Assembly (NCBI GenBank): GCA_024137785.1
Contig: JAHRHZ010000018.1
Location: forward strand, 35,442,166 to 35,506,165
Source of the DNA: Ginglymostoma cirratum
Lineage: Eukaryota
Length of the DNA stretch: 64,000 bases
Direction of reading: 5' to 3'
Shown: one piece after another, positions 1-13,610 of the stretch
How positions within the stretch are numbered: position 1 is the stretch's first letter
Layout of the letters: the number at the start of each line of letters is the position of its first letter
Position numbers and translations under genes: made by a program
Notes under the pieces: model-generated
Seen by the model: the letters and a program-made list of their open reading frames with translations, nothing else
What the model was told of the DNA's origin: nothing
The model's database searches: none

Positions 1-2154
1 TGCTTGTGAAAAGCATAAAAGATGGTACCAGATGCTGCTGATGTCAAGATGGGCCTTGCTGGACTTTTCGTCTGATTTTGCTGTACTCCTTGGTGTAGCC
101 CACTTTGCTTAGACCCACAGAAGATCCACCGTTTGTCTTGGGCACAGTCCTCTCTCATACTCTTCGCACAATGCCACCTTTTTGCACTCAAGCCTGGCAA
201 TTACCTTCACTGTTCTACCGGAGTAAGAGCTGCCATCTTCTCTCCAAAACTTCACACTTACTCCATCCCTACTACTGTACCCAGTTCCCACCAAGTCTTA
301 TTCTCTGCTGCTCTCATTATTACCTACAACATGCCTGGTGGATAGAAGAGGCCCCACCTTCAGTTGACTTTTTCCACCAAGACCTCAAAATTGGGGTCTG
401 AGCAAAAAATGGAGCAGGGCCTTGTGTCTTTTCCTGTATCTGGCATTGCCCACGGAGTGTACGTCCCCCTTATGAGGTGCAGCTTGCCTTTGAATTGCAT
501 CAGGTATGTAGAGAACCGGCGCCCCCATCAGGTCAGTTGCCTGTCAATAGTGTGAGTTTTGTTGGCAGCGTGCCTGTCGTTATTGATGAGATCCAGTTGT
601 TTGAGATCTTCCTTGTAGGCAGGTGATTAGCCAGTGTTGTGACAGCAATGTCCATTCTGCCTCCAAAAGCCCACTCCAAGCAACTTCAGGGTTTCATGTT
701 GCCATGTTTATCTGTATTAACATATCATTAGGAAACCAATTCATCCAACCTCATGTTTTGAAAGAAATCTAAAAGTATTTTCAAGCTAGCATTTTATTTA
801 GCTCTATATCTGGCATTTTTTTTTAACACTGCTGCTCTAGATGATTTTATTTATTTTAGGTTTAAATATGCTCTGTTGATAAACAGGGGGGAAATTTTGA
901 CTAACCTCTAAACTGTAGTTTTCATGTGCTAGAATAAAGCTGAATGGCACCAAAATGTAAAGACAATAATGTTGAAAGGATAATATATCTTGTGACATCA
1001 ACATTTAAGTCACTGCCCTATACCAAGCTCATTTTTGTATAACTAATACACCAACCCTCTGCTTTAGAAATGCAAGGAGAGGGCAGGCTAGGCTTTTCTA
1101 ATCATGTTGAATGCTAGGTCATAGATCTGTCTCCCTGAGAGAGAAGCAAAAATATTTGTGCATATTTTATGTACAATTCTAATTTAATCTTAAAAATAGA
1201 TGGTCATACATGAACCCTATGTATGCAAATTCTGTTATGGTTTCCAGCTAGTTCTGCCTGATCACAATATGTACTATTGAAAGTCACCAATTTTACTTGT
1301 CTAGTCCCAGAATGCTATAAAACTGGCTGCTTGTCACTGAACTGCAGGTTCTGTCTCTGACTACAAGTCATTTGCATGTAAAAGTCATATTATCTGCCTC
1401 GGAATTTGGCTTATAATCTTTTTTATAAGGGAACATTTACTGAATTACTTTATTTTCCCCCATTTAAAATATTTCATAAATTTTTCTGGACTTTGGCAAC
1501 GTTAGTTTTACTTCAGCAAACCAAGAATGGACTGTGTTGTGATCTGTGGTATTTATAGATGTGAGCTGAAATAACCTCTGCTCATATCAGACAGTGTTGC
1601 AGCTTCTTACATTGTGCACAGTTACCAAATTAAGAATTTCGCATTCTGAAAGCTGAAAGACCACCTCAGTAATAAAAATTTGCAAGTGTTGTATGTTGGC
1701 TGAGAATCATGTTGTATTATAAAGGAGCAGTTTACACAGTTCGCACTGGGAGAGTTTTTAAAAAATGAAGTTTTACTGAAATCCAAAGACTATTTCAGTG
1801 CATTTATTCCTTCTAGAAAGCTTTGCATCAGTCTGTACTAAAAATGTTTATACAATATATATTTTGATATTTCCCCTGCGATAAACCGATGTCATTGTCT
1901 TGGGCAAGAGCAAAACAAAAACACAGCAGTGTAATAAGTGTAGTTGGCATTACTCCCCAGTTTGTGTTTTGCAGCTACACAAGATTCAAACTTAGATGCA
2001 TAGAGATACAAATTGCTTACTAATCTACGTACAGCTAATTTATATTGGATAGACTTTAATGAGATGCACCCAATCTTTTTACTTGTGCCATGATTAGAAT
2101 CAAGCCCCAGGTCTTGATAAATATTCCATCAGAGTATTCAAATTACCCTTAAGG

Positions 2155-2350
2155 GCATTAATATAGGATAATAGATGGCTGGCAGTGAATTACAAGGCAG
2201 TAATTCAATCGAGTGGCTCTGATGATGTCATAAATTGAAGGTACTAAGTGGCTTCTGAACATTTGCAGACTCCCCCTCCCACAGTCCCCTCTTTCCCCCC
2301 CCCCCACCCAGTTTAATTACCATCTTAATCCTGCTGTCAGTCATTACTTT
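2155..2350. repeat. MER135-like ancient hairpin element, degenerate copy interrupted by a C-rich tract
   Basis: GGCAGTGAATTACAAGGCAGTAATTCAATC...GATGATGTCATAAA is clearly related to the left arm of the hairpin at 6837-6960. The right arm is decayed and interrupted by a C-rich tract at 2271-2310. The family name is from memory of the MER135 consensus. Confidence 0.55.
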
Positions 2351-3113
2351 CTTTAATGTACAATATGTAAAAGAATGCTTGGTGCAACCTTCAACAGTTT
2401 AGGATGCCATGGTGGGTATAGTAGCTTGGTAAAGGACTCAGGCTTGGGTTTGATCATGCTAGTCCACTGAGTTGGTGATTTCAATAAATTTGTATCAGGA
2501 GTGGGCGTCAATCCGAGGTAGTTTCTGTCCCATTTCCACTGAGTTCATTCCGGGGAATTCAGCTGTACCTAGATGAGTAGAGGCCTTGGAGGGAGGATGA
2601 TGTCTGTTCCAGTATAAAGCTCAATTTTCTAGAAAGGCAAGAAGGGAATGCCTCAAATAAATTAATTTGGCCTCATCTTTTTTTGAATTTGGATGCACAA
2701 TGTAACTTTTCATCAACTTGTATGGGTCTAATGGAGTTGTTTGAATATCATGTTATAATGGAGGTTGAGATATGGCGTGTGAGGGTGCTGTTTTTGGAGT
2801 AGGAAGACTTCTGAACTGGAGCTTCAGTCAAATCTATTAATTATTAAACTGGCACCACTTTTTCTTTGGTTGATATTGCATAAAGCAGATTTCAACTAAT
2901 TTTGACATCTCATTTTGAAATGACTTCCTTCTTTATCCTTCTGCTCCTGCACCATGTATTATTTCCTGATCAAATGGTTAGATAGCTGGGGCTGTAGTGG
3001 GTTTGTAACCAGCCACAACTGGTGTTTAGATTGATTTCCCCTTGTTAGTTTTTCTTCCTCTGAAGAATCAACAGAGTCTTATGTTGAGAGATTTGGTGAA
3101 GGCGAAGGGTCAT

Positions 3114-3871
3114 AGCATGAAATTTTATGGCCTCACTCATGGCCTGTTAGGCGGTCAGAGGGTATGCAGTTGGATGGAATGGTCATGTGCTTTAACCCCA
3201 TCACCAGTGGACTTAAATCAGGAGCAGGAATGTCCCCTTGTTGGACTTCTCTCCTTGTTGCCAACTGAGGCCGCATATGGACAATGAATGACTATTTAAG
3301 ACCCTCATCAGTCTGATGCAGGTATAAACTCAGTGGTGGGTAAACCTGCCAACACGCAGCATGCTGACAGGTAAAACTCTGGAATGTACTTGTTTCCCAG
3401 ACTAGGGTAGGCCAGACTTGTGTTGAAAGGTACTCTGTGCTTGGTAAAGGGACATGACATCTCAAAGCGGGAAGTCCACTGAGAACCACACCCTCTGTTC
3501 TTACTGCAGATACTTACACACCCCTCTCCCCATGCTCCCCACTCTGCAAAACTCACTTCGCCATTATTTAGTTGTGGCATGGGTGACATTTCAACCCTAG
3601 ATCTTCAGTCAGTGTTGTTCCTGCAGCAGCCATGACCTCCCAGTGGCACTACTGTTCAAAGGAGCTGCTCATCTCTGAATGGTCAGAAGCTCTCAATATG
3701 CAACAATTCCACCCTAGGGTCTTTTGATCCCTGGAAAGACCCCCATTGGCTACTTTAAGTGTCTGAGTAACATTTAATACCAATGCACCATCCCAGAAGA
3801 TGCAACAAAAGATCTCCCTTCAGTTCTCCAACTAGCAGGGAGATCCTCGCTAGTTCTATAAAATCCAGCCC
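3114..3871. mobile_element. Degenerate non-autonomous DNA transposon (Harbinger-type MITE-like)
   Basis: Ends GCATGAAATTTTAT ... TAAAATCCAGCCC resemble the imperfect terminal inverted repeats seen at 27820-28435 and 32986-33655. Interior is GC-richer than its flanks. Confidence 0.4.
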
Positions 3872-4084
3872 ATTTGTTGAACACTATCAAATTGTAAGAG
3901 AGAGGGTAAATGAAGGAACTGTGGGATTTATATAACCTCAAACTGCCAGCGAAAGAGTTGAAATCAGTGTGATTATTTGAATGGAGGACAGCTTATTTAG
4001 AGTCTAGCACTTTTCTGTTCAAGATTGGTGAGCACCTGTTAACTATTTGTTCAGGCAAAAAAGAAATCCAATTTAAAACGTGAT

Positions 4085-4495
4085 CTTTTCTCCCCCTTTT
4101 TTCCCTCATTGAAGACGCTGGGGTGCAGTTCCACAAGTGTCGACAGCCCTCCCTATCTTCGCCCAAGAGCCCATTCTACATGTGGAAGCTTAAACCGTGA
4201 GTATCAGCAGGTTATCTCACTCTGAATGGTAATAGAACCACCCAGCTGTTGATATCTGCAGATACACTTTCCAGCAGCCAGTCAACTATTGTGCTGGAAC
4301 CCTGGCAATTTTACTTCCCTCTGTTCTCTTCCTCTTCCTTGGTCTAGAGACACTAAGGTTGATTGCAGTATCCTGTCACTGCTTCTGAGATCATTGAGTT
4401 CAGCATGGATCAGATACTGAGCTTGGGCTGTTGCAGTCCTGCATCGCTCAATGTATGCCCAGTGATGCATTAACCTTACTAACCAAGCCGGGAAG
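4085..4495 (-). mobile_element. Degenerate tRNA-derived SINE of a common shark family
   Basis: Minus strand has a decayed tRNA-like head followed by GATCCATGCTGAACTCAATGATCTCAG...CCAGGGTTCCAGC...GCTGGAAAGTGT...GTGGAACTGCACCCCAGC. A related fragment lies at about 32800-32980. Confidence 0.55.
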
Positions 4496-5924
4496 CTAAA
4501 TTATTTGGATTTTTTTTAAACTGTATTTTCATATTTGCCATGTCCTATTTCTCTCAAATCTCAGGTTTGTTGATGACATTATGAAAATTTTTTTTGCCTT
4601 TTTAGTAGGTGACATGATCCTCCCATAAACTCAAACCTTTCTGACCTGAAAACCAATATACCAGTAATCCTAAATCCCGAGTGAACAGTAACTACAGCTC
4701 CGTGGAATTATATAAGCATAGCTGAGATTAGAAAGAAATCCACTGATAGATGTTGTGTCTAAGGAATGCATTCAGGAGAGGTATAACGTGGTTTTACATT
4801 CACACTGCCCACCTGTTGAGTGACTGAACCTTTGGGAGTAGGGACTGGACAGAGACAAACCAACAAAACAAATGGGGGTAAAGAGTGAGAATTCATCAGT
4901 TTGAGTGCCAGTGCTTGACACTTGGCAACAGGTCGTGTGTCGGCTTTCTCAGTGGGGGTCACGCGCACAATAAGATGGGGAACATCAATGCAAAGCTTAG
5001 AAGAGAAAGTCACGTCGAAAGGGCATGGCAGTATTTGTAACAGTTATTGGAGCCAGAAAGAATATTTCTAGTGCACTGCGAAGTACTCCTCTGGTTTGAT
5101 GAGGATCCAACTCAAAGATTTGTAACCAATCTGGAGAAGGAAAAAAAAATGAAATTAGAATGAGTCCGCTTTTGCTTTGCTTTTGATAAAAAAAATTGGT
5201 GAGTAATAAATTCATCAAACTAAAAATGCAGAAGCTAATGGACTGCTCAAGTTTCAATGCATGGAAAATAGAAAGCAGGCTCCTGTTACTGCAAAGATAC
5301 ACAGATGCTGTCTGCTTTAATCGCTTGGTCATGGTTGGCAGACAGTTAGTCATCACAGGCTATGACAGGGTGAAAGCAGGGTGCCAGTGTCCCTTTCAAG
5401 TGAAAATTTGATGCAGAAAACATTCTCTTTCTCCCTGCCTAGAAGTTAACAGCAACATTTTACTTCAAATCATTAGTCTCGCATAACTCAATCAATATGG
5501 ATTTACTCAAAAATCAATTTCCTACCGCAAATATGATTGTTAAATAATTCACAAGTAACAAGCCCTCTGGCACCTGGAGGTTGAAGGGGGTAAGTAGTGA
5601 ACAAGATTTAAAGCAGATTTCAATTAAATGGAGAGAAAAAAGATATTAACATTCAGTCAGGCTTTGAAACTTTTCTTCACTTGGTCAGGAAAATCTTTCT
5701 TTAGGAAAGGGAGGGGGCAAATGGAGGAAAGCATAGATCAGTGCAGGTGCAATGAAGCGAATTTAAATGTTCAGCATATGTAAGTGCAATCTGAAAATCA
5801 TTGTCTTGCAAAGAACACTTGAAATTGGTCCCTAATGGCCCCTGCTTTTGTCATATGGTCTTGATTATAACGATAAAATTGCATTGCCATGCCTTTAGTG
5901 AGAACGAGGTGGATGAATTATTGT

Positions 5925-6053
5925 NNNNNNNNNNNNNNNNNNNNNNNNNNNNNNNNNNNNNNNNNNNNNNNNNNNNNNNNNNNNNNNNNNNNNNNNNNNN
6001 NNNNNNNNNNNNNNNNNNNNNNNNNNNNNNNNNNNNNNNNNNNNNNNNNNNNN
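5925..6053. other. Assembly gap (129 N)
   Basis: Run of N. Confidence 1.
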
Positions 6054-6809
6054 CCAGTCTCACTGGACATATACTGTGTCTTTGCAGCAGTTTTCGAAGA
6101 GGCTACCTCTCCTGCTGAAAGGTACCTGCTGTAGCAGCATTATTTTACTGGGAAAACCAGCAGGATGCTTGAAGGTGTTTGAAAAGTTGGTCCAGATATG
6201 ATGGCTGAATCTCTGTTTGCATCAAGCTCAATAATAAATTCTAGCTAATTCATTTTTTATTCTCTCTTGGGGTCTGCTTGCAGACTTGACTTAACAGAGG
6301 AAGCATCATGTTACTTCCTTTAAATAATTGATGTCTCTCAGCCTAAGCCAGCTCAGAAGAAAATCTGAAAATAGTGACTGATTAAGTAAATATGTAGCTT
6401 CTGCGTTCCTGATATGTGGGTGGGATTGCTGTCATTGGATCTTTGTGCAAAGCTTTCCATTTTAGAGGATGTACATTTGACAGATTGTCGTTGCTACCAA
6501 AACTGCCATTAAAGAGACTGTTGTCCTTTTAGTTTGGCCGGTGTAGGCAGGTTTCTGCTAATATTATAAAAATAACAGTTCTCCATAACTACTTCCACTA
6601 CATACCAACTGTAGAATTTGCTGAAAAATATGATTTTTCAACAAAATGCGCAGTAATGGCTTTACGATCATTAATGTTTCAATGTGATCGTCATCACAAA
6701 TCAATGATCCTGAGTGCTCTGCCCATTGGCATATCCACACTGAAAGCCAGAATCAGCAGAAAAACAAACCCAAAATGGAATAAAACTAACCCATACAATC
6801 TGCTGTATG

Positions 6810-6980
6810 TATTATTAAAAATAACAGATACCTAGTAGTGATTACAAGGCAGTAATCTAATCTCAGAGTTTAGATGACAGTTATAAACCACTCAAGGTTT
6901 GTTCTTGTGGCTTATGACATCACCTGAAGCCCTCTATTAAATTACTGCTTTGTAATCATTCTTTGGTAATCATTACTGTC
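6810..6980. repeat. MER135-like palindromic (hairpin) element
   Basis: Imperfect inverted repeat with arms of about 58 bp: AGTGATTACAAGGCAGTAATCTAAT...GATGACAGTTATAAACCAC pairs with GTGGCTTATGACATCA...ATTAAATTACTGCTTTGTAATCATT. The hairpin is seen directly; the family name is from recall. Confidence 0.7.
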
Positions 6981-8006
6981 CAAAACACATGGCATTTCTT
7001 AGTTTCTAGTAATCCGCTCTGAAAACAAGCTTATAATTTTTCAATGACTGATGTGGTGCCCTTTTAACATCGAGTCAAATATTCTTATCAAGTTTATTAT
7101 CCTTTACCTGTGGAATTGTTTTGAACAGTGCATTACATAGTGTAAAGAATAATCTGAGTTGCTAGCGAGTTAAAACAAGAGTTTAATCACTCGTCTGTTG
7201 ATATAAATTGTGTGACTTCTGTTGTCTTGGTTCACAGTCCAAGGGACGTTATGATTGTTAGTTCAAGCCCTTGTTGCTAGCAGCCCTAGTATCTTAGCTG
7301 TGACGGACCACTGTCTGGTTGGAAAATATACAATTAAAATAAAACCACATGATATTTTACTTGACAGTAAGAAAATGATTGTTACCACTTAACATTTTGG
7401 AATCTGTGTAAAAGTACTGAGCATTCAAATTAATTACGAAAGCTTAGTTATTGCCTGATGCAGCCCTTCTTTTTTGGAGGGTATGGGGCAATGGCGGGGG
7501 TGAAGGTGCAGTGGATGAGGTGTGCTCAAGATGACTACAATCAAGTTGCTTAACAACGAGAGATTTTGCAGCAAAACCCAAGTCAGTCCTCACCTTTCAT
7601 AGCCTTTTGAGTTCACAAAGTGTATTTTCCAGCAAAACTCATATTCCCTTCTGTCGGTACCAAACCTGGGAGATGGAGGACAGACTATATTTGCTGCAGC
7701 ACTGTCTCGATTTAAACCAATTACTCAGAACATACTAGTGGTGAAATTTTGCGTGTTGGTCATTACACCTTCTTGAGTGGTGTTTGTGCAATCTTAGATT
7801 TATAAATCATATTTTTCTAGAAACTGTCTTATTTTGAGGCATCCTTTCATGAAACATTTGCTGCGCAGTTAATTTTAATATTTGTCCATTCGAAGAACAG
7901 AAGTAACATTTTGTTCGTCAATGCGCATTTTGTTCTTTATGTATATGGCTTTGCGCTCATAGCTGTGTAGTTTGGGTGTCTATGCAGCTGACTTTTGTTC
8001 TTTTAG

Positions 8007-8053
8007 CTGGGTGTCTGCCAAGCATGGAAACAGCACACAGTTGAATATCCAAG
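8007..8053 (+). other. Candidate 47-nt plus-strand internal exon (possible host gene, unidentified)
   Basis: CTGAC branch point, TTTTGTTCTTTTAG acceptor and AAG|GTCAGT donor. Two frames are open (LGVCQAWKQHTVEYP or WVSAKHGNSTQLNIQ). No product recognised. Confidence 0.35.
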
Positions 8054-8285
8054 GTCAGTGAGACAAACTGTATATTCTGAATCAAACGAAAATATAAACT
8101 CTTGAGCCTTCTTGTATAACAGAAGATGTTAAGAAGCTTTATATGTTTTCACCAAAGTTGCTTTGAACTCTGATTCATTGATTGACTCAATCAAGGAAGC
8201 AATAAATTTGCGATAAATATGAAGCATTGCAATTCTCTGACGAAGTGCTGAATCGTACACAAGTCTGAATGCCTATGACCCAACG

Positions 8286-9503
8286 TAATTCTTTGAGAAG
8301 GTGACTAAACAGGTGGATGAGGGTAAAGCGGTTGATGTGGTGTATATGGACTTCAGTAAAGCATTTGATAAGGTTCCCCATGGTAGACTATTGCAGAAAA
8401 TACGGAGGCATGGGATTGAGGGTGATTTAGCAGTTTGGATCAGAAATTGGCTAGCTGGAAGAAGACAGAGGGTGGTGTTTGATGGGAAATGTTCATCCTG
8501 GAGTTCAGTTACTAGTGGTGTACCACAATGATCTGTTTTGGGGCCACTGCTGTTTGTCATTTTTATAAATGACCTGGATGAGGGCATAGAAGGATGGGGT
8601 AGTAAATTTGCGGATGACACTAAAGTCGGTGGAGTTGTGGAAACTGGGGAAGAATGTTGCAGGTTACAGAGGGACATAGATAAGCTGCAGAGCTGGGCTG
8701 AGAGGTGGCAAATGGAGTTAAATGCGGAAAAGTGTGAGGTGATTCACTTTGGAAGGAGTAACAGGAATACAGAGGACTGGGCTAATGGTAAGATTCTCGG
8801 TAGTGTGGACGAGCAGAGAGATCTTGGTGTCCACGTGCATAGATTCCTGAAAGTTGCCACCCAGGTTGATAGGGTTGCTAAGAAGGCGTACGGTGTGCTA
8901 GATTTTATTGGTAGAGGGATTGAGTTTCAGAGCCATGAGGTCATGTTGCAGCTGTACAAAACTCTGGTGCGGCCGCACTTGGAGTATTGCGTACAGTTCT
9001 GGTCGCCGCATTATAGGAAGGATGTGGAAGCATTGGAAAGGGTGCAGAGGAGATTTACCAGGATGTTGCCTGGTATGGAGGGAAGGTCGTATGAGTAAAG
9101 GCTGAGGGACATGAGGCTGTTTTCGTTAGAGAGAAGAAGGTTAGGAAGTGACTTAATAGAGACATACAAGATAATCAGAGGTTTAGGTAGGGTGGACAGT
9201 GAGAGCCTTTTTCCTCAGATGGTGACCGCTAGCATGAGGGGACATAGCTTTAAATTGAGGGGTGATAGATATAGGACAGATGTCAGAGGTAGATTCTTTA
9301 CTCAGAGAGTAGTAAGGGTGTGGAATGCCCTGCCTGCAACAGTAGTAGACTCGCCAACTTTAAGGGCATTTAAATGGTTGTTGGATAAACATATGGATGA
9401 TAATGGAATAGTGTAGGTTAGATGGGCTTCAGATTGGTTTCACAAGTCGGCGCAACATTGAGGGCCGAAGGGCCTGTACTGTGCTGTTATGTTCTATGTT
9501 CTA
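8286..9503 (+). mobile_element. 5'-truncated CR1-clade LINE (HER1-like): disrupted RT/ORF2 C-terminus plus 3' UTR
   Basis: ORFs 8301-8531, 8538-9098 and 9111-9416 are one reading frame broken by two stops. Motifs include VDVVYMDFSKAFDKVPH, SGVPQ*SVLGPLLF, KFADDTK, RPHLEYCVQFWSP and FFTQRVV. The 3' end is GGGCCGAAGGGCCTGTACTGTGCTG with a GTTCTAT repeat tail. Confidence 0.96.
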
Positions 9504-10764
9504 ATTGTGCAAAATAATGATTACTAATTGTTAATAGGGATACTTTTATTGTCAGGTCAGCCAATGTATTAGTGGAAAATTAAACAATCTAAACTTTTTG
9601 TTGCAGACTGCACCTTATGTAAAAAAATGCAATATGGAGCAAAAATGAGCATGATGACTAACTTTTTGAAGCAAATAGTAACACTGAAAGAAACTTAAGT
9701 GCATGGACTCAATAGTCGGAGAATCGGGATAAAAGATCTCCCTTATTTACCTGTAATCCAGGTTGTTGCCTGACAATGTGGTCTTGCATTGCTGTTCCAT
9801 GGTGCAATTGTCAGGGCCGGGAGAGTGCAGATCAGGGAGGACAATACTACATGTCATTCTTGTGCATCTCAATAAAACTATTTCTGCGATAAGGCCAGGG
9901 ACTTGAGAAACTCGTGGCCACATTGCTGTGTGTGTGCTCGCACATGTGTGTGAGAGAGAACACAGTGATGACACCTGCTCATGGCAAGAGTCTGCCCATG
10001 AAGTCTTTTAATATGGAAAAGCTTATGTGCTGCAGCTCCCATGCAGTCCTAGCTGACCAGTAGACTCTCCCACTCTTAACGGCCTGCCTTCAGCATATCA
10101 GATAGATTTGGAGATTGATAATCAACCTTTTTTGTCATGTTAGGAGACATCTTCTGTTGCCATCAATTTCTGTAGTAGTACCTGAATCCGAACCTTCTGG
10201 TCCACAGTAGAAGCATTGTAGTCACACTGCAAGGCGTTCTCCAGATAAATTGTGTCCTCTTGCAATTATGCAGTGTTTTAACTATTTAAAAATTTTCACC
10301 AAAGGTGACATTCAGCAGTTTGACTGTAAGATGTACACAAATCGCTAATAGATACAAGACAGAGCACATTATCAATTTTGTGTCATTAATTGCTAAACTG
10401 TACAAAATGGTAGTTATATGATGCTTTACAATATTTTTATTTTACAAATTTTATCATAAAGCTTACTTGTGAATACTGGAATGTTCGGACTCCATACTTA
10501 TCATTTGGGATTGATGAATATCTGGAGGCTGTGATGTATTATAATTTACTCATACCTGTTCACTGAATCTGGTAAGTGAGGAATGTCATAGTTTGGATTT
10601 TGTAGTCAGTGGAGAAAGAATGGTGCTTTCCAGTAAATTCCAAGAAACATCTAGCAAACCCACTTTCCAGATTTTGGTGTCAATTTTATTCTGATGCTAA
10701 CTGCAGGGGATTTCTGGATTTAGGGAACAATGACGTCATTGAGTAGCCTGAGGTTCTAATCAAA

Positions 10765-10942
10765 TGAAAATCTTGGAACTCCATCCCTAATAGCGCTGTT
10801 GGTGCACCTTCACCATACTGAACTCTGGACTGCAATGGTTCAATAATGTGGCTCACCACCATCTTCTCCAGGGCAATTAGGAATAGATTATAGTTGCTGG
10901 TCCAGCCTCCAATGCCTGTATCTTGTCAAGGAATTTAAAAAG
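10765..10942 (+). mobile_element. 3' end fragment of a second CR1-type LINE family (shared LINE/SINE tail)
   Basis: TGGAACTCCATCCCTAATAGC...GCTCACCACCATCTTCTCCAGGGCAATTAGG. The same tail occurs at about 12420-12535, 16175-16291 and 43020-43400. Confidence 0.65.
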
Positions 10943-13069
10943 AAGAATAATCTTCACACAGACATCAAGCCGAGAAGTAAAAGTACTGTTCATTGTTCAA
11001 TTTTTAGCCAGTCTAGAGTGAACGAAATAACTATTGGGACAGATGCAATAGATTGAGGCACAAGCTAATATCATAAAATTTTTAAAAGATATAAATATTT
11101 ATTTTCATCACTTTAAGAATCTGTGGATTTTTTTATTATGAAATGAACAACTCTCCAGACTTCTAAAATTAGATTTTCAAGCTGAAAGTTTGTTCAGTAA
11201 TTATGATTTCGAACAACATTAAAAGCTCGATTACACCTCATTTCACAAGGTGCAGCACTTTTAATTCTTGTTTACAGTGAGAAAAATACATTAAAAGTTG
11301 GAAGTCACATCACATCACTAATTTCTGTGACATTTGCATCTGCAAAGACTGTAATGGAGTACCCTGTGGAGGAGCAGGGTATCCCTGACAGCAACTTATG
11401 AATTTCTGCATTTAACAACGTGTGCATAACAGAAGCTGCTGTCTGTTTTACAGAGTATTGACATTGATGACAGTTTTTCCATCATTATAACCACAAATCT
11501 GATCCCAAATCTTCCTTATATGGTAGAACCAAGAATAAATATCGACCTTGGCTTACAGCCATTAACAATGGAGAAAAAAAAAATTAAAATACACAACAAT
11601 TTTCTACATGAAGCATGCATTGTATTAAGAATTAAATACTTAATTTTGCGATTAGAAAATGCATAACATGAACTTTCATTTCAAAAAAACTGACCATACA
11701 TCTTAACATTCAGAATAACTTTACAAAAATATTTGGGTCAGAAATTTCAATACCCACACTTCATACAATCAGTCAAGTTTGTGGCAGCAACGTTTAAAAA
11801 TGATTTTATAATTAAGAATAGAGGATTAATGTCGACTGAAATTTATGTAAATATGAAAAACTGTTCTTTAAACCACTGTGTATAAACCTTTTGCATGACA
11901 TTTCAAGCTATACGTTTTTGACACTTATCATTAAAACTGTAAATGCATGTTGGGAAACTTGAAATTTTAGGACTTGGATTTTGTGTTAAATTCCATTTGG
12001 CCCATAATTCCATTTTAAAAAAAAGTGCCAAAATGCCTTCAAATGCAAATCTGTGAGCCTTAGCTCAGTTGTAAGGAATGCATTCAAGATTGTGTCATGG
12101 GTTAGCATACCAATTGTTTGAAAGGTCTGACAAAAGAGAATCTGTCTGGAATCATAAGCCGCTGGTCATCTCTGACGAGTTTGCTGGATTAATTTGAGGT
12201 GGTTAGCATTGTGTACCTGAATTTCAATTGCTTGGGCTATTCGATTTGGAATGAGGCAACAAGAGTTTTGTAATGTGTTCGGGTTGGGAGAGAGATGAGA
12301 AAGTAGTAGTTTAGCAAGAAGGTTGGACAACTTTGGATTGGCTTTTGAAGGGAGATTATGAGTAAGTAGTTTAAATCTTCAAGGACATCCTCTGTAACTG
12401 CATTGTGAATGTCACACTAAATGGACTGATACAGTTCAAGAAGATGCCTAGCTACCACCTTCTCCAGGACAATAGGGATATGAAATAAATGCTGGCCTTG
12501 CCACTGATACCCACATTCCATGGATTGATATAAAACAACACGTAAGTTGGATAAGCATCTTGAACAGAAACACATTAGATAAAACTGTTGGGATAATTGG
12601 AAAAAAAGATAGGGAATGTATATTCCTTTCCACTTCAACGTCTTCTATGTTGCTATGATTCATAAAGTGGCTGAATGTTCGATGACAAAAGTCAATGGTA
12701 CTTATGAAAGGCCTCAGTGTACTGGTTGCTACTAGTTGCTAGTAGAAGTTGACGACGGTTGTTCTGTCGTTACAATTTTTAGAGTTTTATAGGAATCTCA
12801 GACAGAATATTCTACAAGAAGTCTTTATTTTTCAGCTAACACTGAATTGAGTACAGTGGTTGTTGACACTACCAACATGCACTAATTCAAAAGGCAAAGT
12901 CAGTAGGCAGAGACCTGGCTTGTAGAATTCAACATAACTAATTTTAAGTCAAAAATCGTTATTAATCAAGTGGTGATTTACTTGAAGTAACAACATAGAA
13001 AACATATCTTGGATTTTGCACATACGAAGAAAACAAGTAAGAAGTTAGCATACCTGTCAAAAATGTGAC

Positions 13070-13610
13070 TTAAAAGTGCAAAAAGATAATGTTGAAATTA
13101 CTTGAGGCTTTGGTGAAGCTGCATCTATGTAGTGTTTGGTTGTGATCTGGGTATGCAGAAAATGATGAATTATTGACGGAGTTCAGAGGAGGGTTAAAAG
13201 GTTAATTCCTGGTTACAAAGGGCTGAGTTCAGAGGAAAGAACGTCAACTCCAAAATCTCCTCACAGGAAGAGAGAGGTATTTGAGAGAGCTTTGTTGAAA
13301 GGGAAATATGCTCATAGAGAATTTGGATCCAGCAGAATTTTTTTCGGTCAGGTATAGACTTTTAAGAAGTCCTGTCATGTGAAGGTTGCTAACAGCGAAT
13401 CAGAAATGTAGACACTTTTTAAAATGTAAGGGAGTGATAGAAGTACAGCAGACTGTGAATAAACATGTTTGAACAAGAAGATTTGAAGTCCAGTGAACAA
13501 TATACCTCTGGATAGCTAACTCCGGAAATATAGAAAGGAACGCTTTGGGTGTTTGGTGTGATCAGTTGGATGGACCAGGGATCTCTCCTGCTCAAAAATA
13601 TTGCTTTGTC
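13070..13610 (+). mobile_element. Old, highly decayed CR1/L3 LINE 3' fragment
   Basis: Residual similarity to the CR1 ORF2 C-terminus (TTGGTGAAGCTGCATCT...GGAGTTCAGAGGAGG...TTCCTGG...AAAGGGCTGAGTTCAGAGGAAAG) and a CR1-like 3' end. Confidence 0.5.

Noticed and set aside
8301-9416. Reverse transcriptase ORFs as an active or domesticated gene
   Set aside because: 5'-truncated with two in-frame stops and an ordinary LINE tail: a dead CR1 copy.
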